64,000 nt of DNA, taken from the NCBI GenBank assembly GCA_965207065.1, contig OZ242260.1:3680001-3744000 (forward strand), in the 5' to 3' direction. Source of the DNA: a bacterium (GTDB lineage: Bacteria > UBA8248). This document shows, in pieces, positions 49,174 to 57,802 of the stretch. Every line of letters begins with the position of its first letter. Positions within the stretch are counted from its first letter, which is position 1. The notes under the pieces were generated by a model. It had not been told where the DNA came from, searched no databases, and worked only from the letters and a program-made list of their open reading frames with translations. The translations under genes were made by a program, and so were the position numbers.

Positions 49174-49749
49174 GTGATGAAACCCCTCCCCTACGCCGAG
49201 GCCATCGCGAAGCTCGCCGAAGAAGAACGGGGAGACGGCTGGCTCGCATTCTGTGAGAGGGAAAACATCTTCCAGCTTTCCGTGGTCGAATGGCTCGATG
49301 CGCTGAGGGAGGAAATCTTAGCCCTCGCTCCCGATACGCTTCTCGAAGTAGGAGCTGGCAACGGCACAATCGGAAAAGCGCTGCAGGCGCGCGGCGTGAA
49401 TTTGATTCTGACCGACCCGGTCGGACGCGACGGGGTCGTAGCCCTGGACGCGCGGGATGCGCTCCTCGCCCATGCGCCTGATTTCGTGTTCTCCTGCTGG
49501 CTGCCTTTTGATTCAGGCGCCGAGAAACAGATATTGGACACAAAAAACCTCCGGTGGTATCTGGCCGTGGTGCAGCAGGGACCGGGCTACGCAGGAAGTG
49601 AAGTGCTATGGGACACTCCTGGCTGGAGCGTGCGGGAATTGAGCGAGATGAACCGCTGGTCGGTTTCACGCGCCGATTTTCTGAGCGAGGTCGACTCCGG
49701 CGAGCACGTTCGGCACGGAATGGCCTATCTGTTCACGCGTGAGGATTGA
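49174..49749 (+). CDS. Hypothetical protein with class I SAM-methyltransferase-like motif
   Basis: LLEVGAGNG, ILTD, PDFVFSCWLP. Confidence 0.6.
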   Translation: MMKPLPYAEAIAKLAEEERGDGWLAFCERENIFQLSVVEWLDALREEILALAPDTLLEVGAGNGTIGKALQARGVNLILTDPVGRDGVVALDARDALLAHAPDFVFSCWLPFDSGAEKQILDTKNLRWYLAVVQQGPGYAGSEVLWDTPGWSVRELSEMNRWSVSRADFLSEVDSGEHVRHGMAYLFTRED

Positions 49750-50796
49750 ATGAGCGGGCACACGACTGGCGAGAAGCTCCAAGTCTTCTTGAACCGGATC
49801 TTCACCAAGCTGGGCATGCCGGAAGAAGACGCCGCATGGACTGCGGATACACTTGTGACGGCCGAGCTGCGCGGCGTCACCAGCCACGGCGTGATCCGCA
49901 TGCCGCACTACGCCAGGCGTCTGGAAATCAACCTGGCGAACCCGGCACCTGATTTCAAAGTTGTGAAAGACGCAGGCGCCTTGGCCCTCGCAGACGGCGA
50001 CAACGGCATGGGGCAGGTGGTTTCCAAACGCGCGATGGAAGAAGCCATCACCCGCGCCCGAACCCACAACGTGGGCGTCGTTCTGCTCAAGGAGAGCAAC
50101 CATTTCGGCGCCGCCGCTACATACGCGGCCATGGCCCCTGAGGCGGGTATGGTAGGCCTCGTGACGACGAATACGCTGCGCGTCCTGCCCCCTGCAGGAG
50201 GAAAAGAACCAAAGATCGGCAATAATCCCATCTCGGTCGCTCTGCCAAGCGACCCGCCCATGGTGCTGGACATGGCCCTCTCCGTCGTGGCGAGAGGCTA
50301 CATTATCGAGGCGGCGCGCGCGGGCGAACTCATTCCCGAGGGCTGGGGGCTGGACAAGGAGGGAAGGCCAACTACCAATCCGCAAGAAGTTCTCGAAAGT
50401 TCCTTACTCTCGCCGATTGCAGGCTACAAGGGGAGCGGGCTTTCCATCGCCATCGACGCCATATTGGGTTCCCTCGCAGGTGGAGGCCACAGCCACGAGA
50501 TCGTGGGCATCAACGAGTTTCACGGAAAAAGCCGCGTCACGAGCATTTTCGCCGCCGTCAACGTCGAGGCGCTGCTGCCATTGTCGCAATTCCGGGCCGC
50601 CGCCAACGCCTTTATTTCCATCATCAAGGCAACGCCCAAGGCGGCGGGCGTGGAGACGATTTTCATTCCGGGCGAAATCGAACATCAAAGCGAGACGAAG
50701 CGCCGACGCGACGGGTTCGAGCTATCGGCCGAACGGCTCGACGAACTCGATGAAATCGCCCGAAGGCTCGACCTCCCCCCGCTGGAGCGTGGATAA
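49750..50796 (+). CDS. Ldh_2-family oxidoreductase, paralog 3
   Basis: AELRGVTSHG, SNHFG, GNNP, LDMA, YKGSGL. Confidence 0.9.
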   Translation: MSGHTTGEKLQVFLNRIFTKLGMPEEDAAWTADTLVTAELRGVTSHGVIRMPHYARRLEINLANPAPDFKVVKDAGALALADGDNGMGQVVSKRAMEEAITRARTHNVGVVLLKESNHFGAAATYAAMAPEAGMVGLVTTNTLRVLPPAGGKEPKIGNNPISVALPSDPPMVLDMALSVVARGYIIEAARAGELIPEGWGLDKEGRPTTNPQEVLESSLLSPIAGYKGSGLSIAIDAILGSLAGGGHSHEIVGINEFHGKSRVTSIFAAVNVEALLPLSQFRAAANAFISIIKATPKAAGVETIFIPGEIEHQSETKRRRDGFELSAERLDELDEIARRLDLPPLERG

Positions 50797-51698
50797 TGAG
50801 CGACCCTACTCCTCAGGCCTTATCCGAGGCGGCCTCTCAATTTGCTCGCGAGGCGGGAGAAATCCTGATGGGGCTTTTCGGCAAGCAGGTGGAAGTGGAT
50901 TACAAGAACAAGGCCGAAACCGACCCGGTGAGCGAAGCCGACCGCGCAAGCCAGGAGTTTCTCACGAAAGCGATAAACAAAAAATTTCCGGCGCATGGCG
51001 TACTGGGCGAGGAAAAACCCAAAGACGAGGAAGAGGCAAAAAAACAGGGTGCGCGCGAAGTGCCCGAATATTTGTGGGTTCTGGATCCGCTCGACGGTAC
51101 GAAAAATTTCCTGAACGGACTGCACGTCTGGGGCTGTTCCGTGGGCGTCTTGAAGCGCGGACGCTCCATTGCGGGCGCGATTTTCACGCCCGAGGACAAA
51201 GGCACCATCTACCATGCTTACGAAGGCGGCGGAGCGTTCCGCAACGATCACCGGATCGAAGTGGCGCAAGAGGACAAACCCACCGGAAAGCGCATCGCCG
51301 CCCTGCCCGGCTCCTACTGGACGCAATTCCGCCCGACGGGGCCGCTCAAAAAGAACCTGGGCGAAGTGCGCGCCACCGGATCGATGTGCTACGAGCAGGC
51401 CCTCGTGGCGCGCGGAGGCCTGCACTATACGCTTTTCGGCGTTCCCAGCATCTGGGATGTGGCGGCGGGCGCGATTATCGTGAAAGAGGCGGGGGGCATG
51501 ACGCTCGCCCGGCGTGACCGCACGAACCAATGGCGGGAGCTGGATTGCTTCTTCTCCGAGGAGAACACACCGAAAGACCTGGACGCCGCCCGCAAGTGGC
51601 GGCAATCCTTGCTTATCGGAAACCCCGCCCTCGTTCAATACATCGCAAAACACATCAAGAAAGTGAACCGGCGCAGGCCCGGTCGCAAGAACCGTTAG
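50796..51698 (+). CDS. Inositol monophosphatase family protein
   Basis: DPVSEAD, LGEE, WVLDPLDGTKNF, WDVAAG..IVKEAGG. Confidence 0.92.
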   Translation: MSDPTPQALSEAASQFAREAGEILMGLFGKQVEVDYKNKAETDPVSEADRASQEFLTKAINKKFPAHGVLGEEKPKDEEEAKKQGAREVPEYLWVLDPLDGTKNFLNGLHVWGCSVGVLKRGRSIAGAIFTPEDKGTIYHAYEGGGAFRNDHRIEVAQEDKPTGKRIAALPGSYWTQFRPTGPLKKNLGEVRATGSMCYEQALVARGGLHYTLFGVPSIWDVAAGAIIVKEAGGMTLARRDRTNQWRELDCFFSEENTPKDLDAARKWRQSLLIGNPALVQYIAKHIKKVNRRRPGRKNR

Positions 51699-51772
51699 CA
51701 ACCTCTGAGAGTAGAGGCATTTTCCTCTATTCTACTTCAATTTAATTTTATAACAATTTGATATATATCTTT

Positions 51773-53089
51773 CTATTTCAGATTAGGAACTCTGACAGGC
51801 GCGAATCGATCGCTTTGGGATCCCTTGCCTCTCCCGCCCAAACCCTCGATTTCCATGATTCGCTCCTCCTCCGGGTTCCGATACGCGGAGCCCGAAATCA
51901 CTTCGAGTGCATACCTCGGAGCGGGACTGCCCCCTTTGGGAGATTTCCCGCGTATGGGGAATGAAAACGGACGACTCTCCCCGGGTCTCAAACCTCTGAG
52001 CCAGTGTCTGGTGCGGCAGCATTTTTCCCCGTTCCGGATGAGTTCGACCTGCAAGCCCGCATCGAAGGAAAAATCAGGGTCCTTGTTATGCAACGTCCCA
52101 TGGGCGCGCAGATAGGGCCTGCAGGATTTACACTTTGGTTTCTTGTACACCTCGACTTCGGCGTTTTCCACGCGCACCCACCGGTGGACTTGGCGATTTC
52201 TCTCCTGCGCCATCGTGTTGATGGAGGAGAGGATCCGCTTCTTGTGAACCGAATCGGGATAGCGCTCAAGAAACTGTTCGAGCGCTGCGACGCGGCCCGA
52301 ACGCTCGGCCCCTTCCAGCGCCCGCGCCTCCATGTGCTGCTGCATAAGCGCAGCCTCTTCCGAACCTTTGAATCTGCGGATGAAGGCCTTCCAGTCCGCC
52401 TCTTTCTCGGATCGCATTGCTCCCTCGAATCTCGCCGCACGCAAAGCGTCCTTCGCCTCAGGAAGATATAAGCTCAGAGGATTGTCGAAGACGTATCTTT
52501 CCAGATCGAGAACATCGCTCGAGGCTTTCGCAGCATCGAGCAGGAGTCTTTCGAGGCGCTGGGTCGCCGCTTCTGTCCACTCGCTCCGCGCATTCTTGTA
52601 TTTTTCAATAAAGGCCCTGTAGGATGCGACCTCGTCTTTTCCTCTCAGGGCTTCATATTCACTCTTTTGGATATCTACGTTGGCAGGCGCCTTGAACCAG
52701 CCTTCGGGAAAACGCTTCAGGATTTCTTCGAGGGCGCCGGGGTCTTTCGATTCGAGCGCTTCCTGATAAGTGAGCCGCTCCCACCAGTAGCGCGCCCGGC
52801 GAAAGTATTTACCGGTATAATGATATTCTAGATACTTCCTGTACGCGCGGGCCGTGTGCTTTCGGGTCGCCCTATCAAAATCGAACTCATCGAGTTCTGC
52901 CAGATATACCTTCGATTCTGGATGACTGGGGTTGTCGTGAATGAACCAGCGTTTTTCGTTTACCACATCGCGCGGTACTCTCTTGCGCACGCGCGTATTC
53001 TCCAGACACCCGAAGAGAGTCGAGCTGAGAATGAAGCAGATAAAAAAGGACAACAGCCGATTCCCGGACAGGCTCGTATGGGCGCTCAT
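51773..53089 (-). CDS. Putative lipoprotein with tandem ~37-aa helical repeats and a C-terminal beta domain
   Basis: Lipobox LFGC; repeated (Y/L)xx(F/Y)(L/I)xx(Y/F)(P/K) units; C-terminal LRPGESRPFSF. Confidence 0.75.
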   Translation of the reverse strand: MSAHTSLSGNRLLSFFICFILSSTLFGCLENTRVRKRVPRDVVNEKRWFIHDNPSHPESKVYLAELDEFDFDRATRKHTARAYRKYLEYHYTGKYFRRARYWWERLTYQEALESKDPGALEEILKRFPEGWFKAPANVDIQKSEYEALRGKDEVASYRAFIEKYKNARSEWTEAATQRLERLLLDAAKASSDVLDLERYVFDNPLSLYLPEAKDALRAARFEGAMRSEKEADWKAFIRRFKGSEEAALMQQHMEARALEGAERSGRVAALEQFLERYPDSVHKKRILSSINTMAQERNRQVHRWVRVENAEVEVYKKPKCKSCRPYLRAHGTLHNKDPDFSFDAGLQVELIRNGEKCCRTRHWLRGLRPGESRPFSFPIRGKSPKGGSPAPRYALEVISGSAYRNPEEERIMEIEGLGGRGKGSQSDRFAPVRVPNLK

Positions 53090-53134
53090 CGCCTACACCT
53101 CAGCGTTTCACCGTTTATCCGGGCGTTTTCGTAA

Positions 53135-53920
53135 CTATTCGAATCGCCAGTGCAGACGCCGATACTCCTCGGGCGTCGGCAGGCAAGGGTTCTTCCTGAA
53201 GCGGACCACCCTTTCCAGAAAAATTTCCACTTCATCGGGTTCCAGGAGTTCGTCCATCTCACGCCTCAAGGAACTGTCGCTGTCGCGCAGGCTGGTCTCC
53301 AGCTTCTTGACGTCGTTCAACTGCGCCTCGGGCAGTGAAACGCCGGCATAATCCCAGATGACAGTCCTCAGCTTGGGCTCCGCATGAAACGTTAGGCCGT
53401 GGTCAATTCCCCAGACGCGGCCGTCTTCGGATTTGAAGCAATGACCACCCTTACGATCCGTATTGTTCACCATGATGTCGAAAGCCGCGAGCAGCACCAG
53501 TTCCGGGCATTCTTCCGCTCTGAGCGTGAAATAGTTCGATTTCCCATCATAGGGCACACACAACTGCATGGAACCCTCTCCGTGCGGACCTTCTCGAATC
53601 ACCGTAGGAGGTACGAGGTGCCACCCGAGATGATGACTCACCAAAAAGGAACATCTTTCCCGGAAGTGAAGCGTCCCATAGGGGAAATCCCAAAGAGGCC
53701 GCTCTCCGTTCGCGGGCTTGTATATCCCCCAGAACTGGAAATCCTCTGCGGCCATCCTCACGGCGAACGTATAGTTCGAACCTTGCGGCACCAACTCGCC
53801 GCCCAGGATTTCCGAGTTAAGCAGCAGATCCTCAATTTGCGCCGGCTCGAAGCGAAAGGCTTGCGCTTCGGGCGCATCCACCGTTTCCTGGCCTTCAGGA
53901 GGAGAGGATTTCCGGGCCAC
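53135..53920 (-). CDS. SCO1664-family protein (PI3/4-kinase-like fold)
   Basis: GSNYT, YKPANGERPLWDFPYGTL..RE, VPPT, NNTDRKGGH, GIDHGLTF, KLRTVIW. Confidence 0.88.
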   Translation of the reverse strand: MARKSSPPEGQETVDAPEAQAFRFEPAQIEDLLLNSEILGGELVPQGSNYTFAVRMAAEDFQFWGIYKPANGERPLWDFPYGTLHFRERCSFLVSHHLGWHLVPPTVIREGPHGEGSMQLCVPYDGKSNYFTLRAEECPELVLLAAFDIMVNNTDRKGGHCFKSEDGRVWGIDHGLTFHAEPKLRTVIWDYAGVSLPEAQLNDVKKLETSLRDSDSSLRREMDELLEPDEVEIFLERVVRFRKNPCLPTPEEYRRLHWRFE

Positions 53921-53952
53921 GAGATTTCCCTGTCACGTAAGATTGGAGCGGA

Positions 53953-54531
53953 TTAATGACGAAAATGCCCGTTTGTGTTCGGGTCGACCTTGCCTGTGGC
54001 CACCATGGCATGACGAGAGAGCGCATCTGTCCCCCGCCCCGAGGAGCATTCATCCAGGCTTTGATTGATAAATTCATCCAACTGCGCATGCGCGAGACTC
54101 ACTTGCAGCGCGGCGGGGCCGACGGCCTCTTCTTCGTATTCCTCTTCTTCGGCACGCTCCCCCTCCGAGACGACTTCGTCTCGCTCATCGTAGAAAAAGA
54201 CGGTGACGCGGCTTTTGCCTGGACCATACGCCAGCCCCAAACGGCTTACCTTGAACTCAATCAACCCTTCGGAACTCACAGGGGTGGACCCGACCTCGGC
54301 GATGTCGGGAAATTCCGGTTCCTCGTCTGAGCGTTCTCCTTGCCCTTTCGCCTCCGCCATCTTTTTCATCGCCATCGAAAGGCCGTAGACCTGCTCTTTC
54401 TCCAGCCAGAGCGTGGCAGCCGCCTTCGTCGGGCAATCAATCAGAATGCGGAAAATCCTCTTGCCCGCGACGCCAATCGCTTCGGTTCTGATTTTTTCGA
54501 CTTCGCCGAAATTATGTTTGGCAGAATCCAT
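53953..54531 (-). CDS. DUF3090-family protein
   Basis: AIGVAGKRIFRI, LWLEKEQ, EFKVSRLGLAY, SGR, terminal NGH; adjacent to SCO1664; start uncertain. Confidence 0.75.
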   Translation of the reverse strand: MDSAKHNFGEVEKIRTEAIGVAGKRIFRILIDCPTKAAATLWLEKEQVYGLSMAMKKMAEAKGQGERSDEEPEFPDIAEVGSTPVSSEGLIEFKVSRLGLAYGPGKSRVTVFFYDERDEVVSEGERAEEEEYEEEAVGPAALQVSLAHAQLDEFINQSLDECSSGRGTDALSRHAMVATGKVDPNTNGHFRH

Positions 54532-54718
54532 GTGAGATATAATACTCCGCGATGCGATATGAGACGGCACAAGTTGGGTATACCATAAACAGATGTCCTT
54601 TCACTTGTCTAATCAAACTTTGCTAACTTTCGTTTCGGCTTTCACCGTTGGAAAATTGCGTCTATACTTCAGCAACAAACTCGCCCCGTAATCCATCCAG
54701 ACGCCGAGAAACCAACGC

Positions 54719-54880
54719 ATGGCGAAAAGACCCACCCGAAAACCCGCCGCTGTTAAACACGGCTTTCTCGAATACCTGCTCCTGAGCGTTCTCGCGCTCG
54801 TCGTCTTGGTGACGGCGTGGACGCTCTATGACAACGGAATCCTCGACACTTTCATCGAACTTTTCAAAGGCTCCCACTAA
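54719..54880 (+). CDS. Small membrane protein (53 aa), below the ORF-track cutoff
   Basis: MAKRPTRKPAAVKHGFLEYLLLSVLALVVLVTAWTLYDNGILDTFIELFKGSH; basic N-terminus plus one TM segment. Confidence 0.55.
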   Translation: MAKRPTRKPAAVKHGFLEYLLLSVLALVVLVTAWTLYDNGILDTFIELFKGSH

Positions 54881-55152
54881 GACGCGATGCTCATGAGAGT
54901 CGCGCCTCCTCCCTTGAGAGGTCCGCAGGCTTCGTCGCTCCTGCAAGCGCTTCATCCAGGCGGGCGCTTTCTCTGCATCGCTCATCGATACGCATCTCCT
55001 GAAGTTTGGTCTTCTCGAAAACAAAACGACAAAGCTCACATACTATGGATTCTGGGCAAACAAAATCCAATGGCCAAATTTCCGGAATCGGCTACACAGT
55101 TCCAGACGAAAATGATAGCCTCCACCAAATCGCAACTTACAGAGGATGCTCT

Positions 55153-55962
55153 TTGTTGGCCCGGCTCATATCCAGAACACTGCAAACTCCCGACGGCCCG
55201 CTCGCCTATACCGAAGCGGGGGGCGATGACAAAGAACCCCTCCTCCTTGTGCACGGCGGCTTCGGGGCAGCGAACCACTGGCTCAAGAACCAGGCTTTCT
55301 TCGCCGAGCACTACCGGGTACTGGCGCTCGATCTCCCCGCCTTCGGCGAGAGCTACGCGCCGCCCAAACCGCACTCGGCAGCATCCGTCACACAGGGCAT
55401 CGGGCGTCTGCTCGACGGGCTTGGAATCGAGAAGTGCTCCTGCACGGCCTTTTCCTTCGGCGCGACGATGAGCGTGACGTATTGCCAGGAAAACGCATTG
55501 CGATTCAAGAAACTCGTTCTGCTGGGACCGGGAGGGTTGGGCATCACGGGAGACGTCAAGCTCGGCGATGAGCGCCGCGCCACCAGGGAAATGAGCCGCG
55601 AGGAGAAGCACGCGGTGTTCGTCCACAACCAAAGGGCGCTGATGTTCAAAAATCCCGAATGCGCGGATGAAGCGTACCTTTCTCATGCCTGGGCGAACCT
55701 CAAGAATTCAAGGATGAACATCTACGCCATGAACCGCGAACCCTATCTGCCCGATCTGCTTCCGGCGTGTTCCATGCCGTTGCTGATCTTGTGGGGAGAC
55801 GCCGACGTCATCGCCTACCCCACGCCCGAAGAGCGCCGGAGCGCTTGCCAAAAAGCCGCTCCCCATGCAGAAGTGGACATTATTCCCGACGCCGGGCACA
55901 TGGCCCAGTGGGAACAACCCGACATATTCAACGAACGCGTATTGAAATTCCTGAGATCGTAA
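55153..55962 (+). CDS. Alpha/beta hydrolase (C-C hydrolase/MhpC-like)
   Basis: LVHGGFG, DLPAFGES, AFSFGA, LWGDAD, AGHMAQWEQP; TTG start chosen from AGAGGA RBS (uncertain). Confidence 0.85.
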   Translation: MLARLISRTLQTPDGPLAYTEAGGDDKEPLLLVHGGFGAANHWLKNQAFFAEHYRVLALDLPAFGESYAPPKPHSAASVTQGIGRLLDGLGIEKCSCTAFSFGATMSVTYCQENALRFKKLVLLGPGGLGITGDVKLGDERRATREMSREEKHAVFVHNQRALMFKNPECADEAYLSHAWANLKNSRMNIYAMNREPYLPDLLPACSMPLLILWGDADVIAYPTPEERRSACQKAAPHAEVDIIPDAGHMAQWEQPDIFNERVLKFLRS

Positions 55963-55992
55963 ATAGCCACCATCCCCTGAGGAGAATGTTTC

Positions 55993-56760
55993 ATGGGCAA
56001 GACTAGCTTTGATTTTTCCGGACAGGTCGCCGTCGTCACGGGCGCATCGCGCGGCATCGGCAAAGGATCGGCGGAGAAGTTCGCCGAGGCGGGCGCCAAG
56101 GCCTATCTCATCGACATCGACGTCGAACTCGGCGAGGCGGCCGCCGCCGGCATCCGAGAGAACGGGGGGGACGCCACCTTCATCGACTGCGACCTCACGG
56201 ATTCGGTGGCCGTGAAACAGATGATTGAGCGCATTGCGAGCGAGGCGGGCGCCATCGACATTTTCGTCAATTCCGCCGGCGGTTTTCACCAGCAACTATC
56301 CACAGGCGATACGTCGGAAGACGAGTGGGACGCCGTGGTGGACAGGAACCTGAAGAGCGTGTTCCTGACCTCGAAGCATCTGACACCGGTTTTCGAAAAA
56401 CAAAACAGCGGCTGCGTGATCAACCTGGGCTCCATGTCGGGAATCACCACGCTCCAGCCCTCCTCCCCGCCCTATGCGGCGGCCAAGGCGGGTGTTCATG
56501 CCCTGACCCGTGTGCTCGCCTACGAGCTTGGGCAATACAACGTGCGCGTGAACGCCATCGCGCCGGGAACCACGGCGACCGAGCGCGTCATCGCGGTGCG
56601 CTCGGAAGAGCAGCGCGAGATGATCGGCAAGGGCACGCTTTTGGGCCGCATCGCCGATGTGGATGATATGGTCGGCTGGGTGCTCATGCTGGCGTCGCCC
56701 GAATCCACCTACCTCACGGGCCAGACCATCGCCGTGAACGCGGGCCGATACATGTCGTAG
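55993..56760 (+). CDS. SDR oxidoreductase
   Basis: TGASRGIG, YAAAK, RVNAIAPG. Confidence 0.92.
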   Translation: MGKTSFDFSGQVAVVTGASRGIGKGSAEKFAEAGAKAYLIDIDVELGEAAAAGIRENGGDATFIDCDLTDSVAVKQMIERIASEAGAIDIFVNSAGGFHQQLSTGDTSEDEWDAVVDRNLKSVFLTSKHLTPVFEKQNSGCVINLGSMSGITTLQPSSPPYAAAKAGVHALTRVLAYELGQYNVRVNAIAPGTTATERVIAVRSEEQREMIGKGTLLGRIADVDDMVGWVLMLASPESTYLTGQTIAVNAGRYMS

Positions 56761-56806
56761 ATGGACAGATATTTTTGCAAATTTACAGCCATTTTGAGGG
56801 TTTTTG

Positions 56807-57430
56807 ATGAGTGAATACCTGGAATTCGACCCCGATGAGATAGAGAGGCGCGCGGTTTATCGCCTGCTCACGGGCTCCATCGTCCCCCGCCCCATCGGCT
56901 GGGCGTCATCCATCAGCAAGGACGGGATATACAACATCGCGCCCTTCAGCTTCTTCACCTGCGTCTGCGTGGCGCCGCCGATGATATCGCTCACCGTGGC
57001 GAGAAACCCCGACGGCACGAAGAAGCACACCCTCATCAACGCGGAGGAAACCGGAGAGTTCTGCTTCAACGTCGTCACCCACCGCCATTGGGAGCAGATG
57101 GTGGACACGGCGAACGGCATCCCGGCGGAGGAGAGCGAGTTCGACGCCACCGGTCTCGAACCGATACCCGCGAAGAAGGTGAAGGCGCCGCGCATCAAGG
57201 ACGCGCCCATTCATTTCGAGTGCAAAACCCACAACGTGTTCGAACTGGGGCCGAACAAGCACCCGCTTCTGATCGGGGAAGTCGTCTATTTCCATGTCAA
57301 TCCGGACGTCATGACGGGCGGATACATCGACATGAAAAAACTCGAGCCCATCGGCCGCCTGAACGGCTTCTGGCAGTGTACGCTCGGTGAATTCCTGGAA
57401 AGAAGTTTCCAGGACGGGCAGCCGAGATAA
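56807..57430 (+). CDS. Flavin reductase-like FMN-binding protein, paralog 2
   Basis: IVPRPIGW, NIAPFSFF, PIGRLNG. Confidence 0.9.
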   Translation: MSEYLEFDPDEIERRAVYRLLTGSIVPRPIGWASSISKDGIYNIAPFSFFTCVCVAPPMISLTVARNPDGTKKHTLINAEETGEFCFNVVTHRHWEQMVDTANGIPAEESEFDATGLEPIPAKKVKAPRIKDAPIHFECKTHNVFELGPNKHPLLIGEVVYFHVNPDVMTGGYIDMKKLEPIGRLNGFWQCTLGEFLERSFQDGQPR

Positions 57431-57539
57431 TACCCGGAGGTTACAGCCCCGAAAGTCTTGATAATGCAGGGCAAGTATTTCCTGCAGGCAACGAGAATCT
57501 ACTTTACATACATGACATAACTAACTGTTATATCAAATA

Positions 57540-57746
57540 TTACTCTACATCGAATCCGGTGTCATCAACTGCGGCGCGTAGAGCGTCCAGATTCGTCACA
57601 CCTTCATCGAAAACGACCGTCGCCTTACCGCCTTCCAGATCGACCGCGGCCTCGGCCACGCCTTCCACACCGCTTAACGCCTCTTGCACAGCGGACTGGC
57701 ACATCTCGCAACTCATTCCACCCACGTTGATTACCACTTTTTCCAT
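57540..57746 (-). CDS. copZ: Copper chaperone CopZ-like HMA protein
   Basis: GMSCEMC, GFDV terminus; GGAG RBS before ATG 57746. Confidence 0.85.
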   Translation of the reverse strand: MEKVVINVGGMSCEMCQSAVQEALSGVEGVAEAAVDLEGGKATVVFDEGVTNLDALRAAVDDTGFDVE

Positions 57747-57802
57747 ATCAACTTTCTCCAAGTAAACCCGAGCCGTCAGACGCGCAAGCCCGCATCCGGA
57801 AT

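Noticed and set aside
51699..51790. AT-rich patches (also 26400-26475 and 57470-57540) as possible insertion scars
   Set aside because: Short intergenic stretches with no flanking repeats or mobility genes
57747..57761. MEKVD/MEKVV duplication at the copZ start
   Set aside because: The upstream GGAG is best read as the RBS for ATG 57746
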